From: Oopsacas minuta
Lineage: Eukaryota; Animalia; Porifera
Direction of reading: 5' to 3'
Length of the DNA stretch: 64,000 nt
Assembly (NCBI GenBank): GCA_024704765.1
Contig: JAKMXF010000357.1
Span: 82,678 to 146,677 of the forward strand
How positions within the stretch are numbered: position 1 is the stretch's first letter; every line of letters starts with the position of its first letter. A program made the position numbers and the translations under genes. Under the pieces are notes generated by a model, which saw nothing but the letters and a program-made list of their open reading frames with translations, did no database searches and was not told the origin of the DNA. Below are positions 25,639 through 38,494 of this stretch, one piece after another.

Positions 25639-26540
25639 CAGTTAAGGGACAAAAGTATTCGACCACACAAATATATTGTCATAAATTGTATACTCTTTCC
25701 CGTTCCTATACACTGTATAGTCTATATTCGTAGCTGCAATCTAGTAATTTGTATAGAATAACATGTTTTTCAAGAATTTCAAAAAAATATTTTCGATTTA
25801 CACTTTTTGAAGGTGTTAATTATTAATAATTATTAGATAATTATTGATAATCAAAATATGTGGTAATTCAAAGCCTATTAAGAATCTATAATTTCTGACT
25901 TGATATTTGAATTCTACTTAGGCGAGTTACCCCAGATTAAAATTTCAATGGGATTGAACAATTTTTGCCAGAGTTATAGATGAATTTCAATTTGTGCCAT
26001 TTGTGCCACCTTTTGCCCAAGGGGCACAAGTGGCCGTTACCAAGAGGTTATTTTGTAATTCAAGGGTTAGCATAGTAATATAATTCGAAAATATTACTAT
26101 GACTTATTCCTCCTAACCCTAGTTGATTTCCTTGTAGTGGCGCTTTTTCCAGCCACCAGTGTCACTTTTTGCAACAAGTGGCACAAATTGAAATTCTTCT
26201 ATAACTTTGGTAAAAATTGTTCAATCCCATTGGAAATTTTAATCTGGGGTAACTCGCCTAAGTAGAATTCAAATATCAAGTCAGAAATTATAGATTCTTA
26301 ATAGGCTTTGAATTACCACATATTTTGATTATCAATAATTATCTAATAATTATTAATAATTAACACCTTCAAAAAGTGTAAATCGAAAATATTTTTTTGA
26401 AATTCTTGAAAAACATGTTATTCTATACAAATTACTAGATTGCAGCTACGAATATAGACTATACAGTATATAGGAGCGGGAAAGAGTATACAATTTATGA
26501 CAATATATTTGTGTGGTCGAATACTTTTGTCCCTTAACTG
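25639..26540. mobile_element. Tc1-type foldback element, 902 bp, with near-perfect arms of about 365 bp
   Basis: Ends CAGTTAAGGGACAAAAGTATTCG, with TA on both flanks. Arms at about 25639-26004 and 26174-26540; non-coding spacer of about 170 bp. Confidence 0.93.
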
Positions 26541-27651
26541 TACATAGTGGAATAGGAACTGGGATCAGAGGGCATGCTCGGATAATGGAGGTTTCACTGT
26601 AAGTAATATCATAACTAATAAGGTTACTTATAATACCAACCATAACAGGTCACGTAAATTCTGTTCGTAGGTCAATACAAGGTATATTCCTGAGATTAGG
26701 GTAGTATAGCATGATATAGAGGTCAAGAGGTGAGCAGAAGGACCCAAAACTGTTTGCAAAATGAGCTAATATTTAAGTGATAAATAGTAGATTCCCCCAG
26801 GGTGTAAATAGTATTCAAAGAAATTGGCGCCAAATGGATGAATACAATATATGTGTCAGAGCTGGCTCTCCTATAAGGGTTCTTGGCAATGATAGTGGCC
26901 TCCGTGATGTAACAAAATGAAAATATTGGGGAGCAATTGGATCTTACAAATTATCATTTTTTATTTGATGTTCAAGTTTATTACAAAAAGTATGAGAGTG
27001 TAGCGAGAGAGCCGAAATGTAGAGGTTTAAGAGGTCGAGAAATGTAGGAAATAAAATGGAAGCATTACCAAGCCCCCCTCCCCTCCCCACAGTTACGCCA
27101 CTGAGTGGGATACGGTTGTACCCCAGCACTTTTGGCAGGCCAATGAAGTAAATAGTCGAGACCACTCGCGCTGGGTGCCAATCTACAACCTACAATGTAA
27201 CCAGGGTGGTCGGGGTAGTGCGAGTACATTGATAAATAGGATAAATATATATAGCCAACAAAGAAATTTTATGCGGTTTGGTACAGAACCAATATGTTTA
27301 CTGTAGTGCCTGATAATTACAACACAGAGTAGCAATCGAAAATGTCGCACCATATGCGCACCACCATGACTCAACAACATGTCGCTACTCCACTGAATGC
27401 AAAAATAAAAGCGATTTATGTAACATGTCGACAAGATTTCTCAGCACCAGGAGAATGAATGTATTCATGTAGGAAAGTCGGAATCAACAATGCAATAGGC
27501 TGTGGATGGGGCACCCTACCTATAGCAAAATAAAGTAAAATAATACAGAATAATATATCAATATATAACTACAACTTAGCAGAATAATAAAAGCAAGAAT
27601 AGGAAATCAGACGATTAATAAATGACTAAATAAATCAAATACATATATTTA

Positions 27652-28740
27652 TCATGTTGCATTAATTTTGTTAACATTCAAATTGGCTTGAAGTAGAGGT
27701 TCCTTCTCGATATTTTTATTTGTAAATGAACATGTCTTCCCAGGAATTCTATACAAAACATAATGCTGAACTACAAAAAGTATATCGAACAAAACTGAGA
27801 ATAGACCCAGACCAAATTTGGTCGGGTCTCCAAAAATAGACCCCCAGTCATTATTGTTATAAGAAACAATAAACATTTGAAGAATGCTCAAAGAGCCTCC
27901 AGTGAAGTCCAACAACACATTTCCAATGCTCCAACCTATTGTAGATTTTCGTTTAAAATTCATATAAGCTTGGGGCACGTACTTAATAAGCGTGATGAAG
28001 AGCTTGATGTAGGAAAGTACATAAAGAAATACCAACCAAGTGGTCTTGCCAGCAATAGCAATTATACCAGCTATTGTTACAATCAGAAAAAATGCGGATA
28101 GGAATGTAACAGCAATATATGAAATCCTCTGTCCATTTCTCTCAAAACAAAAACACTGAAGAATCGTGAACAGAGTTATCAAGACTGCGTGTACTGCAAA
28201 TATAACGTCATTTAACTTTACTGGGTTAACACCACCTCGGTGCTGAGAGAAATAAATATCTTGAATTTCAGAAGACCAATATAAACAAGAATTGAATAAA
28301 GCGTAAAATGTAAATCCAAGGATATTGTAGGCTAAGAAGTCAAAATTAAGTCCAACAACGCTCCTGCGATAGAAATTGAGGATAACCTGAGGGTAGAATG
28401 AAATTGACCATGCTAAGAAATAACACCATCCAATTACCATAGAGAGTATTTCTAAAGCTGGAATGTGAACAACAGAAAAATGTATAAATTGTGTAGCCAA
28501 TGTGGATGAATTAATAGAATAAGTAGTAGATCCCACGTTTTCAGCAATATATCCTACTGTACTAGAGTTTAAGGATGGGAAGAGGGTTAAGTGAGATTGA
28601 TAGAGGAAGGTAACATTATTGAATGGAGGAACTTCGGTGATATCAACCTCGGTTGGAATTGAAACGTTGTAATACAAAGTAAAATTACCATGATCCCCTA
28701 TTGAAAGTAGTGGAACTTGAGAAGTATATAAATGCGACAT
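27652..28740 (-). CDS. CTNS: Cystinosin (lysosomal cystine/H+ symporter, two PQ loops); a 5' exon may be missing
   Basis: IGWCYFLAWSISFYPQV, RRSVVGLNFDF, IKYVPQAYMNFKRKSTIGWSIGNVLLDFTGG, GDPTKFGLG, FDILFVVQHYVLY; N-glycosylation-rich N-terminal region. Confidence 0.96.
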   Translation of the reverse strand: MSHLYTSQVPLLSIGDHGNFTLYYNVSIPTEVDITEVPPFNNVTFLYQSHLTLFPSLNSSTVGYIAENVGSTTYSINSSTLATQFIHFSVVHIPALEILSMVIGWCYFLAWSISFYPQVILNFYRRSVVGLNFDFLAYNILGFTFYALFNSCLYWSSEIQDIYFSQHRGGVNPVKLNDVIFAVHAVLITLFTILQCFCFERNGQRISYIAVTFLSAFFLIVTIAGIIAIAGKTTWLVFLYVLSYIKLFITLIKYVPQAYMNFKRKSTIGWSIGNVLLDFTGGSLSILQMFIVSYNNNDWGSIFGDPTKFGLGLFSVLFDILFVVQHYVLYRIPGKTCSFTNKNIEKEPLLQANLNVNKINAT

Positions 28741-30449
28741 CTACAATAAAATAATTGAGAAAATAAAATTTTACAGCTAAGCATTAAAGATAAGGCCTGA
28801 TCACTACTTTGACCAGGGATAAAAGGAAGTGGATATATTATGATGGGAAAATTCTATAATCGCCAATAGTATGAAATAGCTTTTCACCCAAATAAATGTA
28901 TTATTATTATTATGTAAGAATTCACAAAAGCCATAATTGTGAAAAATTTTAAGCGAAAAGACGTCATCTGTTAGCGTAAGTGGAAAGTACGTTTAAAAAA
29001 TGTGTAAATGAATAATTAACGTATCACAGGTCAAAATAGCTTTGTTGAGTGTAGTCCACTGTTAGTTTTGTGGTTAGTTGTGACACAACATGGTCATAAT
29101 TTGTTTACCAAATGTTTGGTGAAGAATACCTCTGTTTAAATGGAGAGATTTTGAGCTTTTTCATAGTGGGTATTGAAACAAAAAAATGAGTTTGATACTA
29201 ATGGTATTACCAGCTTACATAATGCATATTCTGAAGAACTTTTAATGTTGAATGTTTAGTTAATGAACCAATTCCCCTCTTCTATGTAAGAATTTCCCTG
29301 CCCAATTCTTACATAAAAGATGTAGCAGCTACTACTTTGCAGTACTTCCATCATCTACTACCTGAGTCCACCATTCCAGGTAATGATCAGTACTTTGTGC
29401 AAGATCGATTTGTTATACATATGTATACTTCTAATCAAATAGAACTCTTAAAATTATTTAAGGGAAATGATGTAGTTTATAAAATTAGATGCTATTGATC
29501 CCTGATCAGTAAACATCCTTCATGCTCTAACGAAATATTGTATTATGCTCCAACTAATCAGCATCCTGACTATTCCACCAGTCTAATAACTTGAGCATAA
29601 ACGATCAGTAGTGAATTAGCTTGTAGTCCTTATGCAAACAAATATTTAAAGAGTAAAGAAAATGCAAGTAGAAAATGAAGAAAATTGAAGTAGGAATCGT
29701 CTAAAAGGAAAAAAAACAAATTTAGCTATATCAAACCTTCCTATTTGTATACTTCAAAATAATTTGAAAGTTATAAATCGAATAATATACCATTAGATAG
29801 TCAACAAATCCGTTAGCAAATAGAGAAATACAAGTATCATTTAAGACTGTGTATGAGCAGGTTAAATACCCAAAGGAAGTTCAAAACATTAGTTTACCAG
29901 GCAAGGAAGTAGAAATAATACCGATTTAGACCTTATAGAAGTTGGTTGAACTAGATTATACATTTCCTAGGTTCCAACCCGTTACTTCTAAGGAACAAAA
30001 GGTTATTTGTGAAAGGTTAAACTTAAAATTGTATAATTCACTAGTTTTTCCAGAAATGAAATCTCAGAAATTAAAAAAATGACTCATAGCCTACTAAATA
30101 TATGGTCTAACAGTAAAAGTACCAGGGATGCGTTATTAACTGATATTGGAGAATTTTGTTATTGTCTTAAATATCTAATGAAAATGTTATCTCAAGTATT
30201 ATTAATAATCCCTCGCAGGAATTAAACTAAGATATTGAAATTATATTTGAAGTTAACTGAAACTAATGTATATTGGACAATAACCCAATCAACATACATA
30301 ATAAATGTAAATACATACAATTACAATAATAATACATACACTTCACAAAATCATGAGGACTTTTTCAGTTTACGTTTTCTATACCCCTAGAAGTGACAAG
30401 TGAATTACAGTTCTTAATCTTGTTGGCCAGAAAGCAATTAGCAGTAGTA

Positions 30450-31770
30450 AAAATAAGTTTGGGAAAGATATCTCATCTGGTAACATAAGAGATAGAACAA
30501 TTTGATTTCCAGATATCAATACTTGCATCATCTTCCATGTATATCAATGTGAGCTCAACTAATATTTTTCTAGCTGGATCGTGTACAAGTAGATTCGCCA
30601 ACTGATCATTATCTTCAATAGCAAACAGAATCTTCCAAAGAGTTATGACAGAGCTAAGAACAGGCTCAGATGGATATTTGAGCCCCCTCGATCTGTTAAT
30701 TGCAAGAGCTTGAATTGAGAAATTGAATCACTGTCAGGATTAAATTCTTTATCATAAGTTAGCGTATCAGTGCACAATCTACACTCTTGAAACCCTTTCA
30801 AGAATTTATAGACCGAATATCCTCCGATAAAAGCTAACGACTGGAGTATCTGCTGAGTGCATTCATTGATAATACATCGCTAATTCCATCAAGATATGGC
30901 TCAAGATCTATTTGGTCATCACTAGAAATAGTAGAGGGTGAATTCAAAGATTTGACAAAAGTATGTATGGATTGAGAAGAGTCCTGTTGGTCAGAAACAT
31001 TTTTAAAATGTTAGAGAGCTTAAGATTACGCTAGGATTCAAGAATTTGAATGTAGGAAATATGATAATTCGAACCACCTATCATACGATAGATTCCAAGT
31101 GATGTTCCAATGGGTCTGTTTGCAGAAATGCAGACAAAACATAAGAGAATGCACATGACTCAGTTAGTTAGTTTGTTATCTGTCCTAAAGCAACACAAGG
31201 GTATCTCAAACTAGTATACGTTTGCTTACTCAATCTACCCGATTTGCCAAATCTAGTAGGATCAAATGAGTGAGGCACCCTAGTCCCCAATTTGCCACTC
31301 AGAGAAAATAGTTTGATAAGATTTACATTCAAAGGATAATTGTCAGTAAAATTACCTGTACACGTAAACCACAATTCTCAATATCAATGATACACTCATT
31401 GATGATGGGTAATAGCTTTTCAGCGGAAATAGATCCACATGGTAATAAACGTGAAACACAAGACCATTTCTTATGTAAGCTAGACACCATTACCGCAAAC
31501 ACAGTTCTGTTTAGGTCCTCTGGGTCCAAATTAGGAGCAAAGATTTTCCCTCCTTTATAAGTAATATCAGATTTAACATGTATTTCATCCATTTGAACTA
31601 AAATATTTCTCTCCAATGAACTGAGGAAGAAGTAGCTTGGGAGAGATAGGTAGAGAAATCGTTTTCAATGCCAAACGAAGAATACAATGTATTTAATGTC
31701 TGAACATGCAATAGAGAAAGATACTCTAAACCCTGGAGATATGCATAACATGTTGACATTTAAGGACTTT
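30450..31770 (-). pseudogene. P-element/THAP9-like transposase remnant
   Basis: LVQMDEIHVK..Y.GG, FAVMVSSLHKKWS (31329-31616), and LTDRGGLKYP near 30670. Boundaries are approximate. Confidence 0.8.
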
Positions 31771-34350
31771 TTTTTAAACTTTATATTTGCTCGCTCCAAT
31801 CTCTAAACAGTCCAACAGAAAGGCAGATTTATCGATTGGCGCTTTGTGCAAGATTCCACTAAAAGAACCCTTGTTGATGATCGCCTTACACACTTGTGAA
31901 GTAACTCGATCGTAAGAATTGTTAGATATTAATTCTAAAGCCAGAGCAACTAGTTATTTAGGCTAGACATTTTCTCTTTCAGCTAAGAAATGAATATGGT
32001 CTAAAAGAATGATCAGTCTAGATCTGGAAGTTTGAAGATTGCAATCAAGTAAATGCTTTCTGGAATCATGGACAATTTCTTCAGAGAAATTTCGACTTTC
32101 AGAAATAGAAACTTTACGAAAAGGTTCTAATCCAGGATCGAGTGAAATTCTCTTCTTTCTCGGAATGAAAGTTGATAGAGGTGTAGTATATGAATGGAAG
32201 GTCAAATTCTCCCAGGTCTCAAGATCACTCTTCTTCCGTAATACTCTCTGGATGATATAAGCGACTTGAACTTATATAGAATAGTATCATGTTCTTCCTG
32301 TGAAATATTCTTATCATCAATAAGATACTGCGTAGTGGCTTTAGGGCTTTTGCCCATTGAAATATAGCTAACATATGCTTCTTTGTTGGTCACAACAGAG
32401 GCCATTACTTCACTAAGAGCTATTATTAGACAGAAAAAGATTAAAATTATTTTCGTGCATCATCTACATTTGCATGAGGGCAAGAATATATAGAATTTAC
32501 TTGAATTTCAAAATAATCCTAAAAATACATTTTTCCGATTATTTGTCCGGTCCAAGCATTGATGTACTCAAAAATATATTTGGTACAATTGCAGAATCTT
32601 ACACCCCCCAACTTTTTTAATGTGGTCAAAAATCCCTATATGCACCGTTCAAGAACTCGTTGAGAGAAGTTGATAGAGCTAAAGAAACCCAAAATTGGAT
32701 TAAAATTGACAAAGTTACGAAAAATTTACTCTCTAAGCCAAATCCTATGGGGAAAATTGTATTACTCACTATAGTCATAGGAATGCTCATACTGTTGATA
32801 TTGCGGTTATACACGCTTGTTACTCTACTCTTTCATGCTCATCTGTTTGCTATTCAGTGTATTTCACTGCAGGTAATTCTTGTTACTTTAAAGGAAAGTT
32901 GGTTATTACATAATTCTGTCTGCAACACTAAATATACAATGCAACATTTCATTTCATATTATGCATGCAACTAAATTGCATCCTGTATGTGAAGTCGTTC
33001 AAACGTACCATACTTGCCAACTGTTCCGTTGGTTGGCGGGACACCACGATTACTCGCCCCGAATATGTGTTGACTGCCAATGAGGCTAATGTCCAGCCAA
33101 AACTTGACAAAACCCTTAATTGTCCCTCTATTTTGTAGTCCAGTCTAATACAAATATACTGCATTCGACGATGTCCCGCTCAATTAGCCCCTTCTGTCCC
33201 GCATTTTATCTTCACTCATGTTGGCAAGTATGGGGGTTGACACTTGTCCTGTAATACTCCGATAATGTTTAGCCAGTGCAGAGCAAAAGTATCAAGTTTT
33301 GGATAGCTAATATAATACGGGTGGTATTTCTTGCCTGAACCAAATGTACGGGGTCAAATGTCTATTATAGATAAACTTGAGCAAGTGTAATCAGTTTGTA
33401 ACTGCAACACATTCTCATTATAACGAAGTGTTCTGGACTGGTACGGAACCCGGTTACATTTCGTGATCTGCAGCATTAAGATATATGCGGAGTAAGATCA
33501 ATACTTTCAAGCTGGAGGAGGTTTGTAAATCACTTTGTTATAGCGTGAGTTTAGTCATATAATTGATGTTAGCTTATAACGGAAGTTTACAGTACTGGGC
33601 CTTATGAGGTCGTGTAACAGGTTCGGCGGTCGCTCCGAACCAATAATTAGCAATGTATATTAATGGTGAGATGTGATGAATGCTGCAACAGTAAGTTTGT
33701 GATTCCTGCGTCCCTACAATGCCAGTATTATTAGACAGTCAACTCCGCTTAATTAGGACAAATTTAGGTAATCGAGTGAAATTAGTAACTCACTCAAGAC
33801 GATTTTCTCTTGATTTAGGAAGTTGTAATAAGCTACGTACTAGGTACATCGCCTAATTTGGGATTAATGTGGCCAAATCAAATTCTATTTACTAGTTATT
33901 GTTATCGGAAGACAATATAACGATCCGAATGAGAAAGTTATTTGATTATGGGATTATTTACATAAATTTTCTTTACAACCAACAATCACCTAAAATATGG
34001 TAAATATGCTTGAGATTAAACATGAGAAGTGTGGTAAAAATATGTGGTTTCAGATGTAATTTCTATTGTATAGATTTGTTGATGTGTTCATAGTTATACC
34101 AGTATCTATTACATACAAAATTTAGTATAATTGGAATGCTGTTTGCTGGTTACTGAATTGAACAACAAATGGTTTAGGAAAGTGGCATGCAAACCACATG
34201 TAATTATTACCTATACTTAAAGAATACATTCTAAACGATCATACAATGTATTTCAATCAATCTTAAGTCAAGTATAAAAGGAATATCAGGGAAATATAAC
34301 TAATAAATCCTAATTATTCGAGTTGTGATATTTCTATTATAAAACCCTTA

Positions 34351-35277
34351 ATGGCAGTTGCTCCATCGTTTCAAACTCTGCTGGTTCCTATAATATTTCC
34401 AGTTATTGAAGAAATGACCTTAAAACAACTTTTTCGTAATATCACTATTGATGAAGATACTTGTATAGCATGGCTCAAAAGTAACGGACTTTTAGCTACC
34501 GGGATGATGTGCAAATGCGGTAGAATTATGAGACCCGGAACATTTTCAGATATTGCAGATGGATAGGGGTGGAGGTGCCCGGAAAAGTCATGCAAGAAAT
34601 TCGCTTCGATGAGGATTGGCTCATTCTTTGAAGGTGCTCATATACCGTTAACTGAGTTGGTAGAATTTCTCTATTTCTGGGCCGATAATCTTCAAACTAC
34701 TGCCTTTTTACACAAGAATCTGGGGTGGGGAGAGCATACTATAACAGACTGGAAGAACTTCCTCAGAGACCTATGTGTTGAAGAATTTTTAGCCAATCCT
34801 CAACCAATTGGGGAAATAGATGAATCAAAGTTTAGATATCGAAAGTATTCAAGAGGTCGTATGCTATCAGGTCAATGGGTATTTGGAGGAATAGATAGAG
34901 AGACAAAAGATATCTTTATGATACCTGTTCAAGACAGGTCGGCTGCAACATTAGTCCCTCTCATCCAGAGATATATTCTTCCGGGCACTACCATACTTTC
35001 TGACGAATGGGCATCGTATAATTCTATCCCCGCTGCAAGTTTTCAGCATCTCACCGTCAACCATAGTCTCAATTTTGTTGACCCTACTACAGGTGTATAT
35101 ACGCAAACAGTTGAGAGTACATGGGGTGGTGCGAAGAAACGGCTGAGGAATTGCATGACTACTAACCCCATACTTTTAGATACCCACTTATCTGAAGTTT
35201 GTTGGCAGAAGAAATATGGAGAAGCTAGTTTCTCCAACCTTATCATGGAAATAAGGAAACAATATCCAGTTGTCTAA
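34351..35277 (+). pseudogene. Merlin/ISXO2-like DDE transposase with an in-frame TAG at 34564-34566
   Basis: Zn ribbon CKC...WRC..C; EIDESKF; WVFGGIDR; SDEWASY; VNHSLNFVDPTTGVYTQTVESTW. Confidence 0.92.
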
Positions 35278-35645
35278 CTGTACCATACTTCTGCTTTGGT
35301 GTTTCTTTTGTAGCAGTACTTGTTATATTGTAGATTTGTAGTTAAAGTAGTGTATAGAAAGCTCAATACTAATTAGTTACTTCAAATATAACGACCACCC
35401 ATAGTATTATATCCAGCTATGGGGGTGTCATATATTTAATATTCTGTCCACTATCATAAGTAGAAACCCATGAAAACTTTGTTCCAACATTACTAACGCA
35501 CCTGGAGAGAAGCTGGATCATAACTATGCGATTAAATAGTACATGAATTGTTTCTAACATTGATATGAACACAAACGAACGATCAAAATTGGTTTGCCTT
35601 GGCCGGAGTAATACAAATTAAACTACCATTTTAGGAAACAGAATA

Positions 35646-36340
35646 CAGTAGAACCTCCGAGATCCGGACAGTCCCGTCCGAATAGTGTCCGGATCTCGGA
35701 TTTTCATTTAGTATCAAATACAAAACGGTCAAGCCTACAAAATTTCTACTCTCTGAGATCCGGACATTATCCATTTATTTTTCACCCATAATCAGATTGA
35801 AATAAATTACTTCCAATTTCCAATTGCTCTTTAGAGGTAGTAGATAGCACATCCTCATCAAATAATGAATAGGGAGAGTTTACAGATTTATTTTTGGAAA
35901 TGGCTCTTTAGAGATTAATGAAAATTGGCAGCAACCACATAAGTGGCTTGATGAAGATGACGATGCAGGATACTAACTTTTAGACGATGAAGAAATTATC
36001 TCAGAAGTTTTAGCTACGAATCCTGACTTTAAAGAAGACACTACTGATCCTAGACCTTGTGTAACCGCAGCACAAGCATGTGAATACCTGGAAACCGTGT
36101 TAGAATGACTAGAGTCCCAAGGGGATACCCGGATAGAACATTTGCTTCTAGTAAAGAATGGAGAAACAGGGCTGCTGAAAAACGAGTAAAAACTACTAAA
36201 CAGACATCATTATTGCCTTTTTATAGTTATTTCTTTTGTTTTATTTGTACGATTCGTGCTGAATATTTTCACTGATAATATTATTTCGTAGAAAATCATG
36301 TCCGGTCTAGGGAGGTGTCCGGATCTCGGAGGTTTTACTG
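35646..36340 (+). mobile_element. Tigger/pogo-type internally deleted element nested in Merlin
   Basis: 25-bp TIR CAGTA(G/A)AACCTCCGAGATCCGGACA with TA flanks; residual C-terminal coding WLDEDDDAGY*LLDDEEIISEV. Confidence 0.9.
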
Positions 36341-38494
36341 TATATGCAAATATATGTGTCATATCGGGAATTCCATTAACTAGGTCGAATTATCGAGGTG
36401 CCATAGTATAAAATATGAAATGAAATGTTGCATTGTATATTTAGTGTTGCAGACAGAATTATGTAATAACCAACTTTCCTTTAAAGTAACAAGAATTACC
36501 TGCAGTGAAATACACTGAATAGCAAACAGATGAGCATGAAAGAGTAGAGTAACAAGCGTGTATAACCGCAATATCAACAGTATGAGCATTCCTATGACTA
36601 TAGTGAGTAATACAATTTTCCCCATAGGATTTGGCTTAGAGAGTAAATTTTTCGTAACTTTGTCAATTTTAATCCAATTTTGGGTTTCTTTAGCTCTATC
36701 AACTTCTCTCAACGAGTTCTTGAACGGTGCACATAGGGATTTTTGACCACATTAAAAAAGTTGGGGGTGTAAGATTCTGCAATTGTACCATATATTTGTG
36801 CACCCCGGTGCATGTCTCAAAATTGGTGTATAATTTCAAAAAAGTAAGCACTATAAGTGATTAACAATAAATTATCGTCCTCTTTTGTCACCTGATAGAT
36901 GCAGCACTCCAAACACTATATTAAAACTAAAATATTTCACTCCAGGCCTTTAAAACTAGACAGCCAACAAAATATTTTGGAAACAATGATACTTGTAATA
37001 ATTGCATAAACTGATCTAATATAAGAAATACGTCAAATTGATGATTAATTACAAACGTTATACAGTATATATTTGGAAGAAAATCGTTGCTAAGGTAGTT
37101 AGGTATTTACTCTTGCGATTAGCTATTCAAAATAATCTAAAATATGCTTACTTTAGCTCGCTGTAATCGAAATTCCTATGGGTCATACATACAATCGTCA
37201 ATATTTTCCTACTAATTCGACGATGGAGATTCATAAAAACGTAGTTAAATTCGTAATTGAAATTTTGCCTAATACGCCATATCGGCACACTGTGAAACAG
37301 TTTGCTTGTGATCATAGGGTAAATAGATAAGAAATATGAAATAACTATCGAATACGAGAAAAGCCCCACACCTGACTGAGGTACTCAACAACTTTCAGGT
37401 GAATCGATGAGAAATTGACTGATAAATTAGGTGTTAAGTTGTGTACAAATTCCCTATAGAGATTTTGTATTACAAAATTTGCAACCTCATTGTGAGGAGA
37501 GTAGGTGTGATCAAGATTAATTATTGAATATGAGCAAAGCTCTACACGATACTATGGTTACATCCGAGATTTCATCTCGATTAACTGAGAGGTGACTGAG
37601 ATATAATGCGTTTAGTCGTCCTCAAACTTGCTGCTACAGCGCGCTGCTAACTTCACTCTCGTACCAAACAGTACACTTATATTCAGAAAGGCAATTCAAA
37701 TTGGGAAAACAAAAATATACAATAAAAGTAGAAAACTACTAGTGACCCTGGTTTTTAATCTTAGGGACGCCCTGAATATAATTATGATATATTCACAACT
37801 TGATTGTATCAAGTAATGATATAATGTATTTGGATACTCGAGTCATGTTAATTGGTTCACCGGATCAAGAATTTATTGATCTGGATCCGGGATCCGGTGT
37901 ATGCCTACTTATAAATTCCAGAACTTTGCCTGCTAACCAGGTAGATTCAAAAACTCATTTGGATAGATCTCACTTGGTTCCAGCTAAACAATTGAGGGGA
38001 GGTTCAAGTTTACTATGTTTCTGAAATATATTTTATGCAACAACGCCAGTGAGATGTATTATGCTTACCCAACATGGATTGGGTGGAATAACATTTCAGA
38101 AATATAGCCCCACAAATCTACAAAATCATCAGCTTCCGAAAATTTTGCTTTCTTATTTTATTGTTTATAATACTATTGCATTTTAAAATCTACACGATGT
38201 TCCAGAAACCCAAGGAAAATTCAAAAGATCCCACCACTTTAACATTTTTCAGCTGTTTACAGTATATGTATCCCTTGGGGTTTGAGAAATACTCTCGGTT
38301 GTTTATTCAGATTCATTTTCAGGTAGGGCTAACCCCCCTCTGAGGGTGGATAGATGGAACACTGTGTTCCACACGACGAGATCGTGAGAGTTGAGAGCTG
38401 CTATGGAAATCCAAAAATACATTCAAACTAATTTTCAAGACATTTTATTTTTTCTTTCTCTACTTTAGCAAATTACATGCTATTGAAAGAACTC

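Larger units (their letters stand above)
32582..36789 (+). mobile_element. Merlin (IS1595/ISXO2-like) transposon, 4.2 kb, with TIRs of about 378 bp
   Basis: Arms 32582-32960 and 36412-36789 differ at about 2 positions. They start GGTAC. Perfect 8-bp TSD ATATATTT at 32574-32581 and 36790-36797. Confidence 0.95.
31775..37294 (-). mobile_element. RAG1-like transposon copy D: 5' end and N-terminal coding part only, interrupted by the Merlin element
   Basis: 5' end reads CACAGTG-N14-ATTAGGCAAAATT inward from 37294. RKHLLDCNLQTSRSRL..LLDHIHFLAERE resembles the RAG1 NBD. DKSAFLLDCLEIGASKY matches copy B DKALFLLDLLDIGKSKY. Confidence 0.78.

Noticed and set aside
25478-26599. Single Tigger-like MITE enclosing the foldback element
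   Set aside because: The two candidate ends (CAGTGGAAGCCGCTT and CAGTGAAACCTCCATT) match poorly and are probably from different families.
32660-32974. Duplicated 104/110-aa hydrophobic ORFs (also 36380-36712)
   Set aside because: They lie inside the Merlin TIRs; the identity reflects the inverted repeat, not a gene.
38360-38366. Other CACAGTG/CACTGTG heptamers (38360, 50230, about 1689, about 17755)
   Set aside because: No ATTAGG motif follows, no partner end or TSD was found, and a few chance 7-mers are expected in 64 kb.
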